A program made the translations under genes and the position numbers. From Chrysomallon squamiferum (lineage: Eukaryota > Animalia > Mollusca): a stretch of 64,000 nt of DNA. The stretch's first letter is position 1. Every line of letters starts with the position of its first letter. Location: positions 10,354,001 through 10,418,000 of the forward strand of contig CM022678.1 in assembly GCA_012295275.1 (NCBI GenBank). The letters are read 5' to 3'. This document shows positions 23,494-38,351 of this stretch, one piece after another. The notes under the pieces are model-generated. The model saw only the letters and a program-made list of their open reading frames with translations. It made no database searches and was not told the origin of the DNA.

Positions 23494-26269
23494 TCTAGAA
23501 TAAACTTATTTTCTTTCTTCTTTCATCGTTTTACTCCAGGGTAGTGTGATTTGCTGGGATATAAACTTTTGTGTGCATCTGTGTGAACGTATTTAAGAGT
23601 ATGTATACATACACACATACATGCAAATATATATATATACCTCAATACATACGTACATACACACATACATGCAAATATATAAATATACCTCAATACATAC
23701 GTACATACAGACATACATGCATCGGGTGACTAATTGAGTTTTCTCCTAATTTTATGCCTTACTGAGCTTGAACGAGAAACATTAATGTCTCCATAACATT
23801 CCTGACACAATCTCTGTTTATCATGTAAAACGACTATACTTTTTTATGATCAGATAAACTTTCCTATAAATAAAAATACGAGTCAGACAAAAACGGGGCT
23901 GGTGGAGATGTCACCGTAAAAGCATGTTATATAATAGTGCAGGTTCTGTACTCAGTAATACAAGTAAATACATGGCTTTTATTCTTGTTTTTATCTTCAT
24001 CTGTTTATTTTTATTTATTTTTTGTATTTTTATTATTAGTTGCTTTTTTTATTTTATCTTTTTTTTTTTCTGTGTTAGGGTCGGCGTTTTCTTAGAAATA
24101 TAAAATTTCACCTTCTGTCATATACATAAATACATACATACATACAGACAGACAGACAGACAGATAGATAGATAGATAGATAGATAGATATGTATGACAG
24201 TGCCAAGTAACAATATATCTGTTACCCGGAACAACCGTGATTAATATGCATTTTCCATTATGACGTCATAGTATTGACGTCATAAAGATAGTTTTAGTGA
24301 TATATACCTACAACAATATATATATATATTATTTTTTAATTTCATATATATGTTATTTTTTATTTTTTGTTTTTAACGAAATCTAAGTCTCTTGAGATTA
24401 TCGCTCGAAATTAGAAGTGTGACGTCACAGGGGTTGTTTATTAGTTGAACGATGTGTTGTAGTTAAATGTTTTTTGTCAGCGTTTACGACTCAACTAAAA
24501 CTTTGCAATAATCTTAAAACTTTATTTCTTTATCAATCGCCTGCGGCGAGATGCAAATTAACCCAAGTAAAGGATATTTATTTTAATAACTTTTCATAAT
24601 TAACTATGACAGAAAATTACTAATCTCTGTCGTTAATGTTTGCTTAAGACACAAAATGTTTAGGACTACCAATGAAATCTAATATTTAGAAATCACAATA
24701 CGATATTAAATTATAATAGTTTATTAGCAATTAACAGACGTCAGATATACAGATATACAGATTTGTTATACTTTTCTTTATTTATTTGTAATAAGGTTAG
24801 TATATCAAATAAAGATTATTAATAGAACTATTACCAAAATTTACTTAGTTGCATGATTTTTTTTTTTTTAAATTGTAGAAAAAAACAACACAATTGTCTC
24901 AAGCATATGATTTATTATAAATTGTCAATTCCTTATAACTCGATTCTACAATACAGAAAAATAATTACAAACAGTCTGATTAATATCGGCTTCTTATTAA
25001 CATTGGCAATGTAATATAAACATACAGAATAAACACACGCACACAAATGCACACACACACACACACACACACACACTCTAATGAACAAGTATAATTCGAT
25101 GTTGTAATGTTTCAAACTATTGTAGTCCACATTATCTTACTGATCTTTACTGCAGTCACAGTATGCTAAATCCAGTTCCAGGCAGAACTCCTGACTGATT
25201 TATCAAACAATATGGTGTTTGCTTATTTATCAAGAAAAACAGTGTATCTAAAATAAGCCTTGCTGCTAGTCATTAAAAAAGTGTAATCTATGAGGTTTCT
25301 TCTCCATGTACATCACTACTGAACTATTTGCTTCTTATACCCGTCAGTAATAAAATATGCATGTGTAATTCATCCATTCACTCAAGTGTCAAAAATAAAC
25401 GTAAATGTCTTTAATGTAACATGACGTAAATATTAGCTTCCCACGCCATAGTAGCTCGAGGCCTGTGTTATATTAATGTTATTATATGGGCCTCGTTTGT
25501 GTAATATATATTTATCCACTAAGTAAATACTGTGTTTGTTTACCACAAGTAAGTATGAATACTTTGTCAATCAAAACAGCAAATACAGATATACACACGA
25601 CTCATATATACTATTAAAACATAAATAAATATTTATGCATTTAAATTCTTAGAATATTATATACATTCAAAGCTGATAATATCAAATGACTAAGTAAATA
25701 AGTATGTGATTTAGCAATACTCCATTTGTCTAATTTTGAATGTAATAATTTTGATTTTTAATTGTACTTAGTTAATATAACAAATAAATGAATGACTTTT
25801 ACAAAAAATCCTTTATTCCTCTCTTTTCAGTTAGCCTAAAAGTAAAGAATATAATGTAATGTAATGTAATATAATGTAATATAATATAGTGTTATGTAAT
25901 GTAATATAATGTAATGTACTACAGTATAATATAGAATAGCATGATATAACATAATATAATAAATAGAAAGACCCACATTGATAGACAGGCACTGACCGAT
26001 TTACAAACAGATGGACCGACTGACAGACTGACAGACATAGATAGCTATAGAGAAAAACACATATATGGCGAGACAGACACATACAGATAGATTCGTAGAT
26101 TTATTAGGTGTAGAGATATAAAGCGATAGATAGCGAGATACAGATAGATATAAACAGACAGGCAGATGTATAAATATATAGATACCTTAGACATTCAAAC
26201 AGGCGGAGAGAGATACACACAGACACATAAAATAAATATAGTGAGATACAGACAGCTACGTAGATAGAT

Positions 26270-26352
<83 letters not shown>

Positions 26353-26476
26353 TAGATAGATACAGAGAAAGGTAGATATACAAGTAAATAGTTGTTCTCA
26401 TACATTAATTTTCTATATGAGTGCATTATCAATAACAATATGTTACCTAGGAATAATAACAGGGTGGCTCGACACG

Positions 26477-29400
26477 TCAGATTTTCTCGTAATGATTTTG
26501 TTCAATTCTCACAGCTTCCAGTTTAGAATATGAGTCTCTCAGGTCTTTGTTATCTTAAACACAACATTCATTGCTTACATCTTAATGTGATCAAGTGCTT
26601 ACTCATGTATTTAAATAAAGCTCTTTTTTCGTTTACCCTCTATTCATCTCTATGTTCTTATTACTTATATTTAAAACAAAATAATAATATAAATAAATAA
26701 ATAAATATCAAACAAGCAAATCTAAAACAAATAAGGAAACAAAAATGGAAGCAAAAAATAAAATAAATTGAAATTAAAACAGTAACATCTATATTAATAA
26801 TATTTAAAATCAGTAAAATTAGTACATAAGCGACTGAAGATAAAATGTCATTTTATTTTACCTACACTACTTTCAGAATCATCTTTTGATGGATAAGGTA
26901 CCAAATAATCTTCATCCAACGTGTTATTGTAATATTTTGTAATTCCTGTTCAAAAAAAGTTATATTTGAACTACTTATCTCTTATCTAATTTATTTATTT
27001 ATTTATTCTACATTATTATACTTTACTCGATGTAGTAGAAAAAATATATGAATCTACTGATTCCGTGCACTATTCTCAATACCAAACACAGCAACGCAAA
27101 TCATAGAAGAAGAGTAAAAACATTAACTACTTGAACAACACCAGTTTTACTTATTGAAAAAACGTATTTGAACAAATTTGGTAGAATATGATAGTTCTTT
27201 CTTTTAATAAACAAACAAACAAACAAAACAAATAAATAAGTTTCAAAAAGCAAATTTAAACCAAAAGGTAAACGAGAATGGAAAACAAATTAAATTAAAT
27301 TAATATATAGTAAAATTCATATTAATAATATTTAAAATGAATAAAAGTAGCAATAAAACGATAAGATATCATTTCTTTACCTGTACCGCTTTCAGAATCA
27401 TCTTTTGATGGACAAGGTACCAAATAATCTTGTTCCAACGTGTTCTTGTCACTTTTTGCATTTCCTGTTTAAACATATTTATATCTGAATTACTTATATC
27501 TTATCTAAAGCATTTATTTATTCTACATTACTACACTTTACTTGATAGAGTACACACAAATATATCTACTGATACATAGAACTATTCTCAATACTAAACA
27601 CAGCAATGCAAATTATAGAAGCAAGATTTAAAACATTAACAAAAGTTGCAATCATTCAAAAATTATAAATATTTGAACATATTCGGTGTAATAGGATAAT
27701 TATTTTAGAAAATGTTTCTCATTTCTTTTAATAAGCAAGCAAACACATAAACAAAAAAAACCAAATATACGAATAAATAAATTAATAAATAGATAGATAG
27801 ACAGATAGATAGAGAGATAATATTAATATTTGTACCTGTTTTTAAGTCGCCATTTGGAGTACATGGAACCAGGTAGTTATCGCCCAAAATATTTCTTGAA
27901 TGATCTTTGGTTTCTGTTTAAACAATAAAAATAAATAGTAATTAAAAAGAAAAATATTATTTTACCATTAAACTGAATTAATATAATATATGTTATGAGT
28001 ACGATACAGTTCTTTTATTATATCTTTAATCCTGCCTGTTGTTGCATTCACTCATCTAAACTAGAGATATACATCAGTGAACGCTCAAAATAAAATACTG
28101 TACAGATGCGAACCTAATATTTGATTCATCTGATGCAGCTGCAACAACAGAAGTAAACATACAACTACTTAACACATTTTATACTGCTACTGCTACCACT
28201 TGCACTACCATTACTACTACCACTACTACTATTACTATACTATGTATGAATGAATGAATGTTCAAAAAATCCCAGCATGAAAAATACATCGGCTTCTGGG
28301 TTTCAGTTTGTGGCACTGGAATAAAAATATGATGATCAACATCAGTATACATTTTCAAAAGTTACTACTACTACTACTACTACCATCACTATTGCAGTCA
28401 CCATTATAACACTACCAATATTTGTAGTATTACTACTATTATCACTTCTAGTACTACTACTGTACCTCTAACTACAGCAACAGTTCCAATTATCTACTAC
28501 AATTATCACCTACATTAGTACTGCTGATGCTACTGGTACTACTACTACTATTGCTAATATTGCTACTGTTGCTACTGCTACTATCACCAACGTTACTACT
28601 ACTCATACTGCTACTATCATTACTACTTCTGCTATTACTAAAAATGTTGCTGCTGATATTAATAACTAGTACTAGTATTACTAATATGACTAATACATTT
28701 CACTACTTCTAGTACTAGTACTATTACTGCTACTACTATTACTTCTACTGCCAATAATACAAAAGAAATATGATTGTAGTTAGTAAGTTACCAATTTCGA
28801 TTTCCATGTAATCAGGAACAACAGATACATTTTCATTTCTCTTTAATTCGTCATCTGAAATACATACATACATACATACATTACATACATACATACATTC
28901 TAGGACATTCTCAGTCAAGTTTGTTTTACATTATACATATATAATAATAATAATAACAATAATAACAATAATAATAGCAGTAATAAGAATTATAATAGCA
29001 TATAATATTATAATAGAAACGACAATAATAATACTACTACTAATAATAATAATAGCAATTTAATAATAGCAATAACAATAATAATAACAGCAATAATACT
29101 AACCCTAATACTACTAATAATAACAGCAAAAAATAGCAGCAAGAGTAATAATAACAACCAATAACAATGACAATAACAAAAACAGTAAGAACAAGAAAAA
29201 TAAATATTAATAACAATAAATCAACAACAACAACAACAATAACAATAAGAGGAAGCATAATCTGTTATGTTTTGTATGAGTAACAACAAAATTTTAATGG
29301 TCCATAACAAGTCATTAAGAATTTATAAATACTACTACTAGTGCTACTATTATTATTACTACTACTAGTACTACTAACATTACTACTACTAGTACTACTA

Positions 29401-31910
29401 TTATTATTACTACTACTAGTACTAATATTATAAAATAAAAATGATTGTGCTATGTGTTACTAGTCTCCATTTAAAAAATAATGGAACAATTTCCAAATAA
29501 TCAGGAACAATAGACACATTTTTATTTCCAGTTCTACTATTTCTTTGTAAGTCGTCATCTGAAATACATACATACATACATACATACATACAAATATACA
29601 TACATACACTCTAGTTCATTCTCAGTCAAGTTTCATCAACATTATAGAAATACACTGATCTACAATTTACAGATCCTGGACACAAATAATTTATTTATCT
29701 AGAAAAATATAAAATGCAGTAATTCATTATCTAATGTACTACGAATAAATAGAAATCAGGCTGGAAATATTTCTACAAAGTTATCAAGTATGTTGTTTTT
29801 ATTTTACTAAGACATGTGACTGTTGATTTCCTTACCTCTACGTTTTATTATCAAAACAAAGACCAGAATAATTAGTAGAACAACAACAAGCAAAACTGCT
29901 CCACCTGCTGCAGTTCCAATGTAGATTGTTTTCATATCTTGTGTAGAATCTGTGAATATTTTACAATTATAAAATAAAATTAAAAGGTACAAGAAAATTT
30001 TAAAAAATGAGAGAGATAGAAAAGTCAAATAGATTCAGTTATTTTCTTAAGACAGAAATTCTCAAAAAATAAAACTGACGGACGTACAGAAATAATCTGA
30101 TATAAATGATAGAATATGTTTCTGAAAATGCCGGTGGACTGAAATGTTGTTTCCTGTAGTTAATTTCGTAAGAGCAAAAGATTATAGACGGAAGAAGGAA
30201 CTGAAAAGTTTACATGTACGCAGTCAATCAGAAATATTTTTACAACTGAACAAAATGACATCGGTTGAATACAAAACATCAGAGTTTATTCTTCTTCATT
30301 AAATTATTAAATTATAAGTCAAACTGTCTGCACTTTAAAAGTGGTTTCATCTGTAATAATATAAAAAAAAAAATCATTTTATGTGTATATATACGTATGA
30401 TTTTATATTTGTAGACAGACAACAAACATCTCTTCAGTTTCTGCTTAATATTTCCAGTCAAACGTAATTATTAATAACTACCTTTGAGAACAAGCTTCAA
30501 TTTCTTCACAAGTTTTGTATCAAACTTTTCACTGGACACAACAACTTGGTAATCACCCGCATCTTCCCATTTAGTTTTGTACAGAATCAGCTGTCCAACT
30601 GAAGACCACGAATTTGTCTTAACAGGATCAGTCTGCTTTAATAATTTCCACTGACCATTGACCAGTTTGTACCAGGTAAAGACAGGAGGAGGGAAAGCAA
30701 TAACAGAAATGTGGAGTACAGCATCGTTTCCAAGTTGTGCAGTAAAACTACTCATGAAACTTTCGTGGTAATTTACTCTGGGGTGGCCTGCAAAAAAAAA
30801 ATGAATTTCAGAATAAAAGAAAAACGTTCATCTATTTAATTTTCTTTACATATGAATAGAAATTCAACCATGGGTTAATCTGAAGAGTAAAATAAAACAA
30901 AGGTTTCACTTACAGTTTACAAATAATTCAATTTGTTTCTTAACACGCTCGTTTACTGAGTTGTCAGCTGTACAAAAATAAATATTAGAATCTTCGCAGC
31001 TAGCTTCTTTCCAAGCAAACTGAAACTGTGTTGAATTGTGCACCACTTTAATTTGGTTTGTGTTGTTTCGTAGTTCTATGGTTGATGCGGGCTTACTGTC
31101 GAGACTACAAATGACGTCAACTCTGTCGTGTTCATTTACGTATGCAGAAAGTGACTGGTTGTTGATTTGAAAATTCTCAATGATTGGCTGGTCTGTGAAA
31201 CAAAAATATTACGTTTAATAACTGAAAAATTGTTGTTAATGTCACTTTTTATTATTTCGTTTTGTTTCGGGCTTTTTTTAGTTAAGTTTATACATGTTAC
31301 TTGTTTCGACTGATGAAGTTTGTTGATCTCCAGTTATAACACAAAATTTATTCACACTAATTATAACTGTAAAACATTATTAATCGTGTATTAACACTAT
31401 AGAGAGCAATCACTTATGAAAACGGGAAAATGGCAAATAGCTAATCAAACAAAACAATACAGACGTGAAACCAGTAAAAGGTGGAAAGTGGACCTGTGCT
31501 TGGAAACAAAACGCTGAGGATTTTAGAAAACTTTGGAACCATAATGATGATAGTAATGACTATGATTAAGGTGAAATGATGGTGTTGGTCATGATGATGG
31601 TACTAGCGTTTCTGGTTTACTCACAAAACACTTCTAAATGGAAAACCCTTTTTCCAATACTGGCTGTTTCAGAGTTTCTTGACAAGCACGTGTACATTCC
31701 TGCATCATTTTTGCTGACATTTCTGATGTTCAAAATTCCATTTGAACTATAAGACTGAATAAGATGGGAATTCTCAAAACTCCAGCTGTAGAGACACGCT
31801 GGAAAACAGTCCGCTACACACACCAAACTAAAGTTTTCTCCAGCTACAGCGAATTTTCTCCCATCTCTAGATATAGATGTAGAGTTGTCTGGACCATCTA
31901 AAGTGTAGTC

Positions 31911-31965
<55 letters not shown>

Positions 31966-33067
31966 TTATAGTGATAACAGTAATCACAGTAATATTAATA
32001 ATAACAATAACAATATAAATAATAACAATAATAATAGTAGCAATACTACTACTGGTATCCTCCCAAAAGTCATATGATCAAAAGTCATACAATTTGGCAA
32101 GCAGTCAAGCAGTAAGCAAGCTGGGCACCCCTGTGTGGCGAATAATCAACTAGTGTTGACTGGGTCTCACTGCTAACTGTTGTAATCACAGCTCCAGTGG
32201 GCAGCATGTGCTCGTGGTTTTACTCCAGTTATTTGGAGATGTTGCTCATAAATAGGAGAAGGACTTTGAAGGAGACATGTTTTCACAGTGGATCTGCAGG
32301 GCTGCCAGACTAGCTCTACTACAAAACAAAATTCAGGACGCATGGATTGAAACCATGGACTCGACACCAAATGTTCCTCGAGCCCAAGAGTTCAGTGACT
32401 GCATGGTCGTTAATTGGATTGATGATGATGCTCGCTTCCCCCTGCCGCTCTGAGACCAGTGGGCCACGCACCAACAACATCTGCATCAACTGCAGCAGAG
32501 AGTTAGGACGCCCCTTGAGTTGTTAATACTATATAAAGACTGGCTTTTCAAAACTGTTCATACTGCGACCTCGTATGAGCAACTCAATATGGCCGATTCA
32601 AAATTTTGGTTCAATAATATCTAGATAACATATTTTCATCAACCAAAGACAGTACAAAAGGAATCTATATTCACTGTGACGGGTCCCAAACCTATCTACC
32701 CATTTTAATTTATTCCTCCTTCCAAGTCAAGTTGTATAAAGCTAAAACATACCCTCGCTCAAGAACGATCTCGCGACCCGCAGAAAAAAGGCTGGCGACC
32801 TCCAGGTTGAAAACCTGTGCTGTAGGCTATTTACTGAAACTTAAGTGATCAAGTTATCTGGATGAAATAAAATGTATAAATAATTACAAGCCTTTCTTTC
32901 ATTTATTTATTGCCGGTAGACATACAATATACAACAATGTGGGATCATGCCATTTTGTATCTGGCTAACTGGCAAAGGATTAAGTGTGCACCAAACTTTG
33001 ACCTGTGTTGTTATAAACAGTAATTACTGTGACAAATAAGCATATGACTGATGGGAGGTAATCCTAT

Positions 33068-33099
<32 letters not shown>

Positions 33100-36000
33100 A
33101 TAATAATAATAATAATAATAATCATAATCATAATCATAATAATAATGATGATGATAATAATAATAATAACAACAACAACAATGAAAATAACAACAGTAAT
33201 AAATATTAACAATAACATTATTACAACACCTATAAGAACAACAATAAGAAGTATAATGTGCTATGTTTTCTATGGGATAGAAAACAAATGTTAAAGACCC
33301 ATAATAAGACATTAAGAATGTACTAGTACTACACTGTCCTGATTAAGAGATACTAGACAAGAAAAGCAAATTGATGATACTTACAATAAACAGCTAGTGT
33401 GATATTTTTCTCACACCTTTTCTTAAGCTTAGTGTTTATAGCAATACAGGTGTAAACACTGTTTCGTGTTAATTTTCTGACTCCGAATTTGCCTGGTTTC
33501 ATGAATATAAGAGACGATTTAATAATGTGTCCTTTGAATCTCCAGCTATATGTGCAGTCAGGCTTGCAGTCAGCTCTGCAAGTCAGTATAGCCATTTTTC
33601 CTTCGTTATAACCAGATTTATCAGACGTTAAACTCATACTGCTGTCAGGACCATCTATAAAGACGAATTCATTTAAGAGAAGATATGTAAATACATTAAT
33701 GACATACGCATTACATACACATTATCAAATATAATTTATCTTTTGTAAATTAAATTGCATTAACTAATTTTGTATTATAATTTATGTCACTTTCTCTCCT
33801 AAAATTTCTCTGTCTCTCTTGTTCTCTCTTTCTTTCCTTCTTTCACTCTCTCTTTCTTTTTCTTTCTCTTTTACTATCTCTCTCTCTCTTCTCTCATTCC
33901 TCGGAAATAAATATAACATTACAAATACTTACAATACATTGTAATATAAACAGACTTTGATGCACTGTATCCTGTATCATCATCCGCTAAAGCATAATGG
34001 CTTGCTGTACATATAAACAATCCATCATGGTTCCTGGTTGCCTGGTTGACAGTCAGATTACCATGAGACTTGTCTATACTCAAGTAAGCACCAACCCTAG
34101 ATTTATAGTTGTAATGGTACCAGCTGTACCTCACTGGACTAGGACAATCAGACATACAAGACAAAGTGAAACGGTCTCCTTCGACAACAAATGCACGATA
34201 ATACGGCACAGTGATCATTTTGCAGGGTCCTAGAAATGCAGTAATAATATAGAATAAAAAATTAAGTAACTCCAGTAATTCAGTACATAAAGTTCTGTGT
34301 CACATACAAATCAAAAAGGATGTTGGAATGCATAAATTATTATGAAAAGATACTAAATCTCTATAAATGAGTAAATGTAAAATTCTGAAAACTTTTTACA
34401 CAATAAATAAATAAATAAAAACTATTGTTAATATATTATTGTTCTTTTATTCAAGTGCATTATAATGCTTTCCATTATATTTTCAGATTGATGATAGTTT
34501 CTTTTCTTACATTTTTTTTTTCAAATATTTTTCTTTACCTTATTTGTTTAGATTAAAATATTTCATGCTGGGTTGTTGTTTGTTGTTCTTGTTTTTTTTT
34601 AAAATGAATGTTTCGGTGCATATAATCGTGAAGTAATTTGCACCGAAACATTTTAATGTAAACGGAATTTCAAAAACAGAAAATTAAGAAAACTTACGCA
34701 TTTCTCTGTAACACAGTCTGAATGTGGCATGAAAACCAGTGCCAGAATTGAAAACAACTACTACTTTGTTTGAATGACTTTGCATCGTCGATGAATTAGA
34801 ACCACAAAATTTTACTACTAAAGGAGATCCATCTAAACAATAAATAAATATTTTTAAAGATACTTGAAATATTAAATAAAAAAACAAATAATAATAAAAA
34901 TAAAAACAAAATGCTCAGATATTAGTTATGCCTATTAGCTATTATATTAGCTTTAGTAACCTATCATAGCTCACAACAAAATAATAATAACAGTGTCTGA
35001 ACGCCGCCGTTATACATGATGTCATCGCTTACATGGCAAACTGAAAGCTGTACAGGTCCCGGACCAATTATCCGGACTCCTTGGAACCTGAGACATTCCG
35101 GATTTCTGGATTTTTCGATTTTCTGGTACCAAGTCATCTAAATATTTAGACATTTAAACATTTTAAAATTAAAAACATAAAGAAAATTGACGATACACAA
35201 CCGTGGCGACTCGACACGTAAACAATGCGGCGAGTGAATGAACGCCACGCGGCTTGAAAGAGTAGTTCCTGTATGGTGAGGACAACAACAGCGCGCGCCA
35301 ACTATGAAAATAGCGTCGGGAAAAAACTTCCAGTTTTCTGGTCTTTCCGGATTTCGGGATTCCGGATAATTGGTCCGGTAGCTGTATTTTTCAGACACTA
35401 GAAGAAAGCTTAGAGCCAATTTAGGGGTTTTTATATTTATTTTTATTTTTATTTTTTTTTTTTTTTTATTATTTTTTTTTGTTTTGACTCTTATTTAACG
35501 TCTGTTATCGTAATGGTAACATATGAATTATTAAATTTATTATATAATTCATAAAAAGGTAGTGTAACGTGTATCTATCATTTCCAAAAATAATTACATT
35601 TTCTTATTCATATTCCAATATATTTTGACCTACCGCTATAGTACTAATGGTAAGGACTAAATATAAGTGTTTTCGATTTCTTACTATCATGCAAGTGCAA
35701 GTGATCTGTTTGACTGTCAGGTGTGGAGGTCCACGATGCTTCTGTCAGAGTTATGTTGATCGTTGTTGAAGGTGAAGACGTTATGTACCAGTAAACGATG
35801 TCCCCACTGAGGTAAGAATACGAAATAAAAAAAATTACATCTTAGATATTCTCTCTCTCCAAAACCCACGCACGAAACACACACACACACACACACATAA
35901 CATACTCACTCACACAAACATATCCATCTGTCTATTATCTGTCTCTCTGCGAGTATAAGACGTCATCATCCTATTATCTCCCTCAATACTGTAACACTGT

Positions 36001-36370
36001 ACCAGATAAAGGCAGGAGACGCCCCACCCCTACAGAGACACCACCCAGCGAGCGGCTTCAGATTCTGCTCACAGTCTACGGCAACAGAGGTCGCCTGGAC
36101 GTCCTCCATGGTGTTGCTCACAATCTCCAGATGTAAAATGTGTCCAAAACTTTATGTAATTACAACCAATTACGAAATGTTTCAAATAAACAATTTAAAT
36201 TATATACAACTGTCTTTTTATATCCAGTTAATCCGTACAAGAGATCAATTATCCTTGACATGGTAGGCAAAGGGAATTGTCACGGGGACAAATGACCTAG
36301 GGGAAACCACCGTGGGGAAATGACCGGGGGGAACTGACAACGGGAATATCCTCGGAGGACATTCACTAGG

Positions 36371-36416
<46 letters not shown>

Positions 36417-36486
36417 TATTAACGATACTTCAGTAAAAGAACAAAATGGTTGCTAAGTGTCATTCATATATGTCGGATAAGGTCTC

Positions 36487-36576
<90 letters not shown>

Positions 36577-37373
36577 ATTATCAGTTTATCAGTTTCTAGA
36601 AACATTCTTTTTTCCTATCATCCATACATTCTTTTATTATTTTATTTTATTTGTTTTCTAAGAAAATGTTGGTTACATTGCTATTTCAAATTCTAAATCG
36701 TGAAGGACAAAAACTGTACTTACGTTCTATTTCCAGTATATTTATAATCCAGATACTTTGCATTTTGTTTTGCCTTCAGAGTTCTAGCATACTTCTGGCA
36801 AATTACTTCAGAAAAAGTAGTGATAAAGAAAAACAATCAAAATAACATACATACATAAATACATACATACATACATACAAACATATATATATATATATAT
36901 ATATATAGGAGTAGATGGAAAAATAACGAATGATAAGAATTTAAAATGTGTATAATATGTAGAGGTGTGTCTTACTTCCGTTAACTTGTATGTATATATA
37001 TAAGTATGTTAGTATATGTCTTTGTGAAATCTTTGTCTGTATGTATATATGTACGTTTATCTGTGTTCTGTGTATGTGAACGTGTATCTGCATCGTTTAT
37101 GTATATATATGCGTGTCAGCATATACTTTGTCATGTTTGTTTAGATATTTGCGTGCGTATGCCAGTATTATTTTAGTTTATATGAATGTATGTATTCCAG
37201 TATTATGTTTGTGTTTGTTTATGAAGTATTATCTTTGTGTATGCAACAGTGTATGTGTAGTCTATGCTATGAAATGACTAAATAAATAAATAAATCAAAG
37301 CACAAAAATACAATAACTTACCGAAATTCCATGACGAACACGTTAATATAAAAATATAAATACAAATCCTCAT
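26477..37373 (-). CDS. CUB-Ig type I transmembrane receptor, copy C (SP-CUB-Ig1-5-TM-expanded Tyr tail-ITAM-like); ~771 aa if exon 29461-29558 is skipped
   Basis: Exons 37322-37373, 36724-36805 (acceptor uncertain), 35685-35806, 34698-34832 (CUB); Ig 33933-34229, 33385-33654, 31625-31897, 30914-31192, 30482-30787; TM 29836-29949; tail 29461-29558 (98 nt, frameshifted), 28792-28854 (PDYMEI), 27836-27913 (DNYLVP), 27381-27464 (QDYLVP), 26862-26945 (EDYLVP), 26477-26553 (DSYSKLEAVRIEQNHYEKI*). Confidence 0.8.
32055..33020. mobile_element. Composite transposon-derived insertion in the Ig2/Ig3 intron of copy C
   Basis: GC-richer ~1 kb absent from the homologous introns of A and B; contains a hAT/Charlie-like end (gcgaccc...caggttgaaaacc, ~32770-32825) and a Tc1-like TIR remnant (caccaaactttgacc, ~32990-33005). 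Confidence 0.45.
35053..35384. mobile_element. Tc1/pogo-type MITE with ~28-bp TIRs and TA target duplication
   Basis: Left ta|caggtcccggaccaattatccggactcc vs right ggattccggataattggtccggtagctg|ta; the homologous intron site in copy D (~44150-44180) is empty. Confidence 0.85.
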
Positions 37374-37641
37374 CTTGATTCGATCATCTAAACTGTATAT
37401 TTAGACAAAGAAGCGCATCTTGTGAAATAAAGTAAGTTGTTTTAACTGGGATAAAATATCAGACGTGACTATTTAACTCTGGACAATAAAGAAACCTGAT
37501 CCAATTAAGTAACGCTACGATTAATAATTAAAACACACGATATGCTCTACAATAGTAGCTCCCTGTACAAAGTTCTTCATCCTTGTTGTTTTCTTTCTTT
37601 GTTCCTTTTCTTTGTTAACATTGTGTTTTTTTGTTGTCATT

Positions 37642-37678
<37 letters not shown>

Positions 37679-37883
37679 TTTTTTTTTTTTTTTTCGTTAT
37701 AACTATATGGGTCACATCATTCAAACCTACATGCATGATTTTTCAGATATTTCTCTGTTCATAGCATATTTATGAAACGGTAAAGTAACTCTGTGTGTAT
37801 GGGTGTGTATGTATTTGTCTCTATAGACAGATAGATTATATGTATATATTTGTATGGTTGTGTATATAATATTCATGCTGCGT

Positions 37884-37920
<37 letters not shown>

Positions 37921-38308
37921 CTCTCTCTTTCTCTATCTATCTATATATATTTATATCTATATATATGTCTGTGTGTGTGTGTTTGTCTGTGTGTAGATAT
38001 AGATTAACCTTCTTATTCCCAGGATGAAACCTGATCGAATTAAGTAATTTAAAAAAAATGAATCTGTGAAAAAATTCGATATCGTGTACAATAGTAGCTC
38101 TGAATACAAAGTCCTTCATACTCTGTTTTTCAATTCTTTCTGGTTTTTTTTTCTTGTTGTTTTTTTTGTTCTTGTTATATATATATAAAATATATGTGCA
38201 TATGTATTTATAGATAGATAGAGAGATAGATAGATATAACTAAATATTATATCACACAACACACACATTTTGCTTTTTTAGTCTCATAATATATATGAGT
38301 GTGTGTGT

Positions 38309-38351
<43 letters not shown>

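Noticed and set aside
28288-28315. Possible 28-nt tail micro-exon (VPQTETQKP) in copy C
   Set aside because: It is frame-incompatible with its neighbours and the acceptor AG is absent in the copy B homolog.
33997-34233. Plus-strand ORFs conserved between paralogs (also 42961-43236, 5192-5437, 6528-6740)
   Set aside because: They are antisense shadows of the minus-strand Ig exons.
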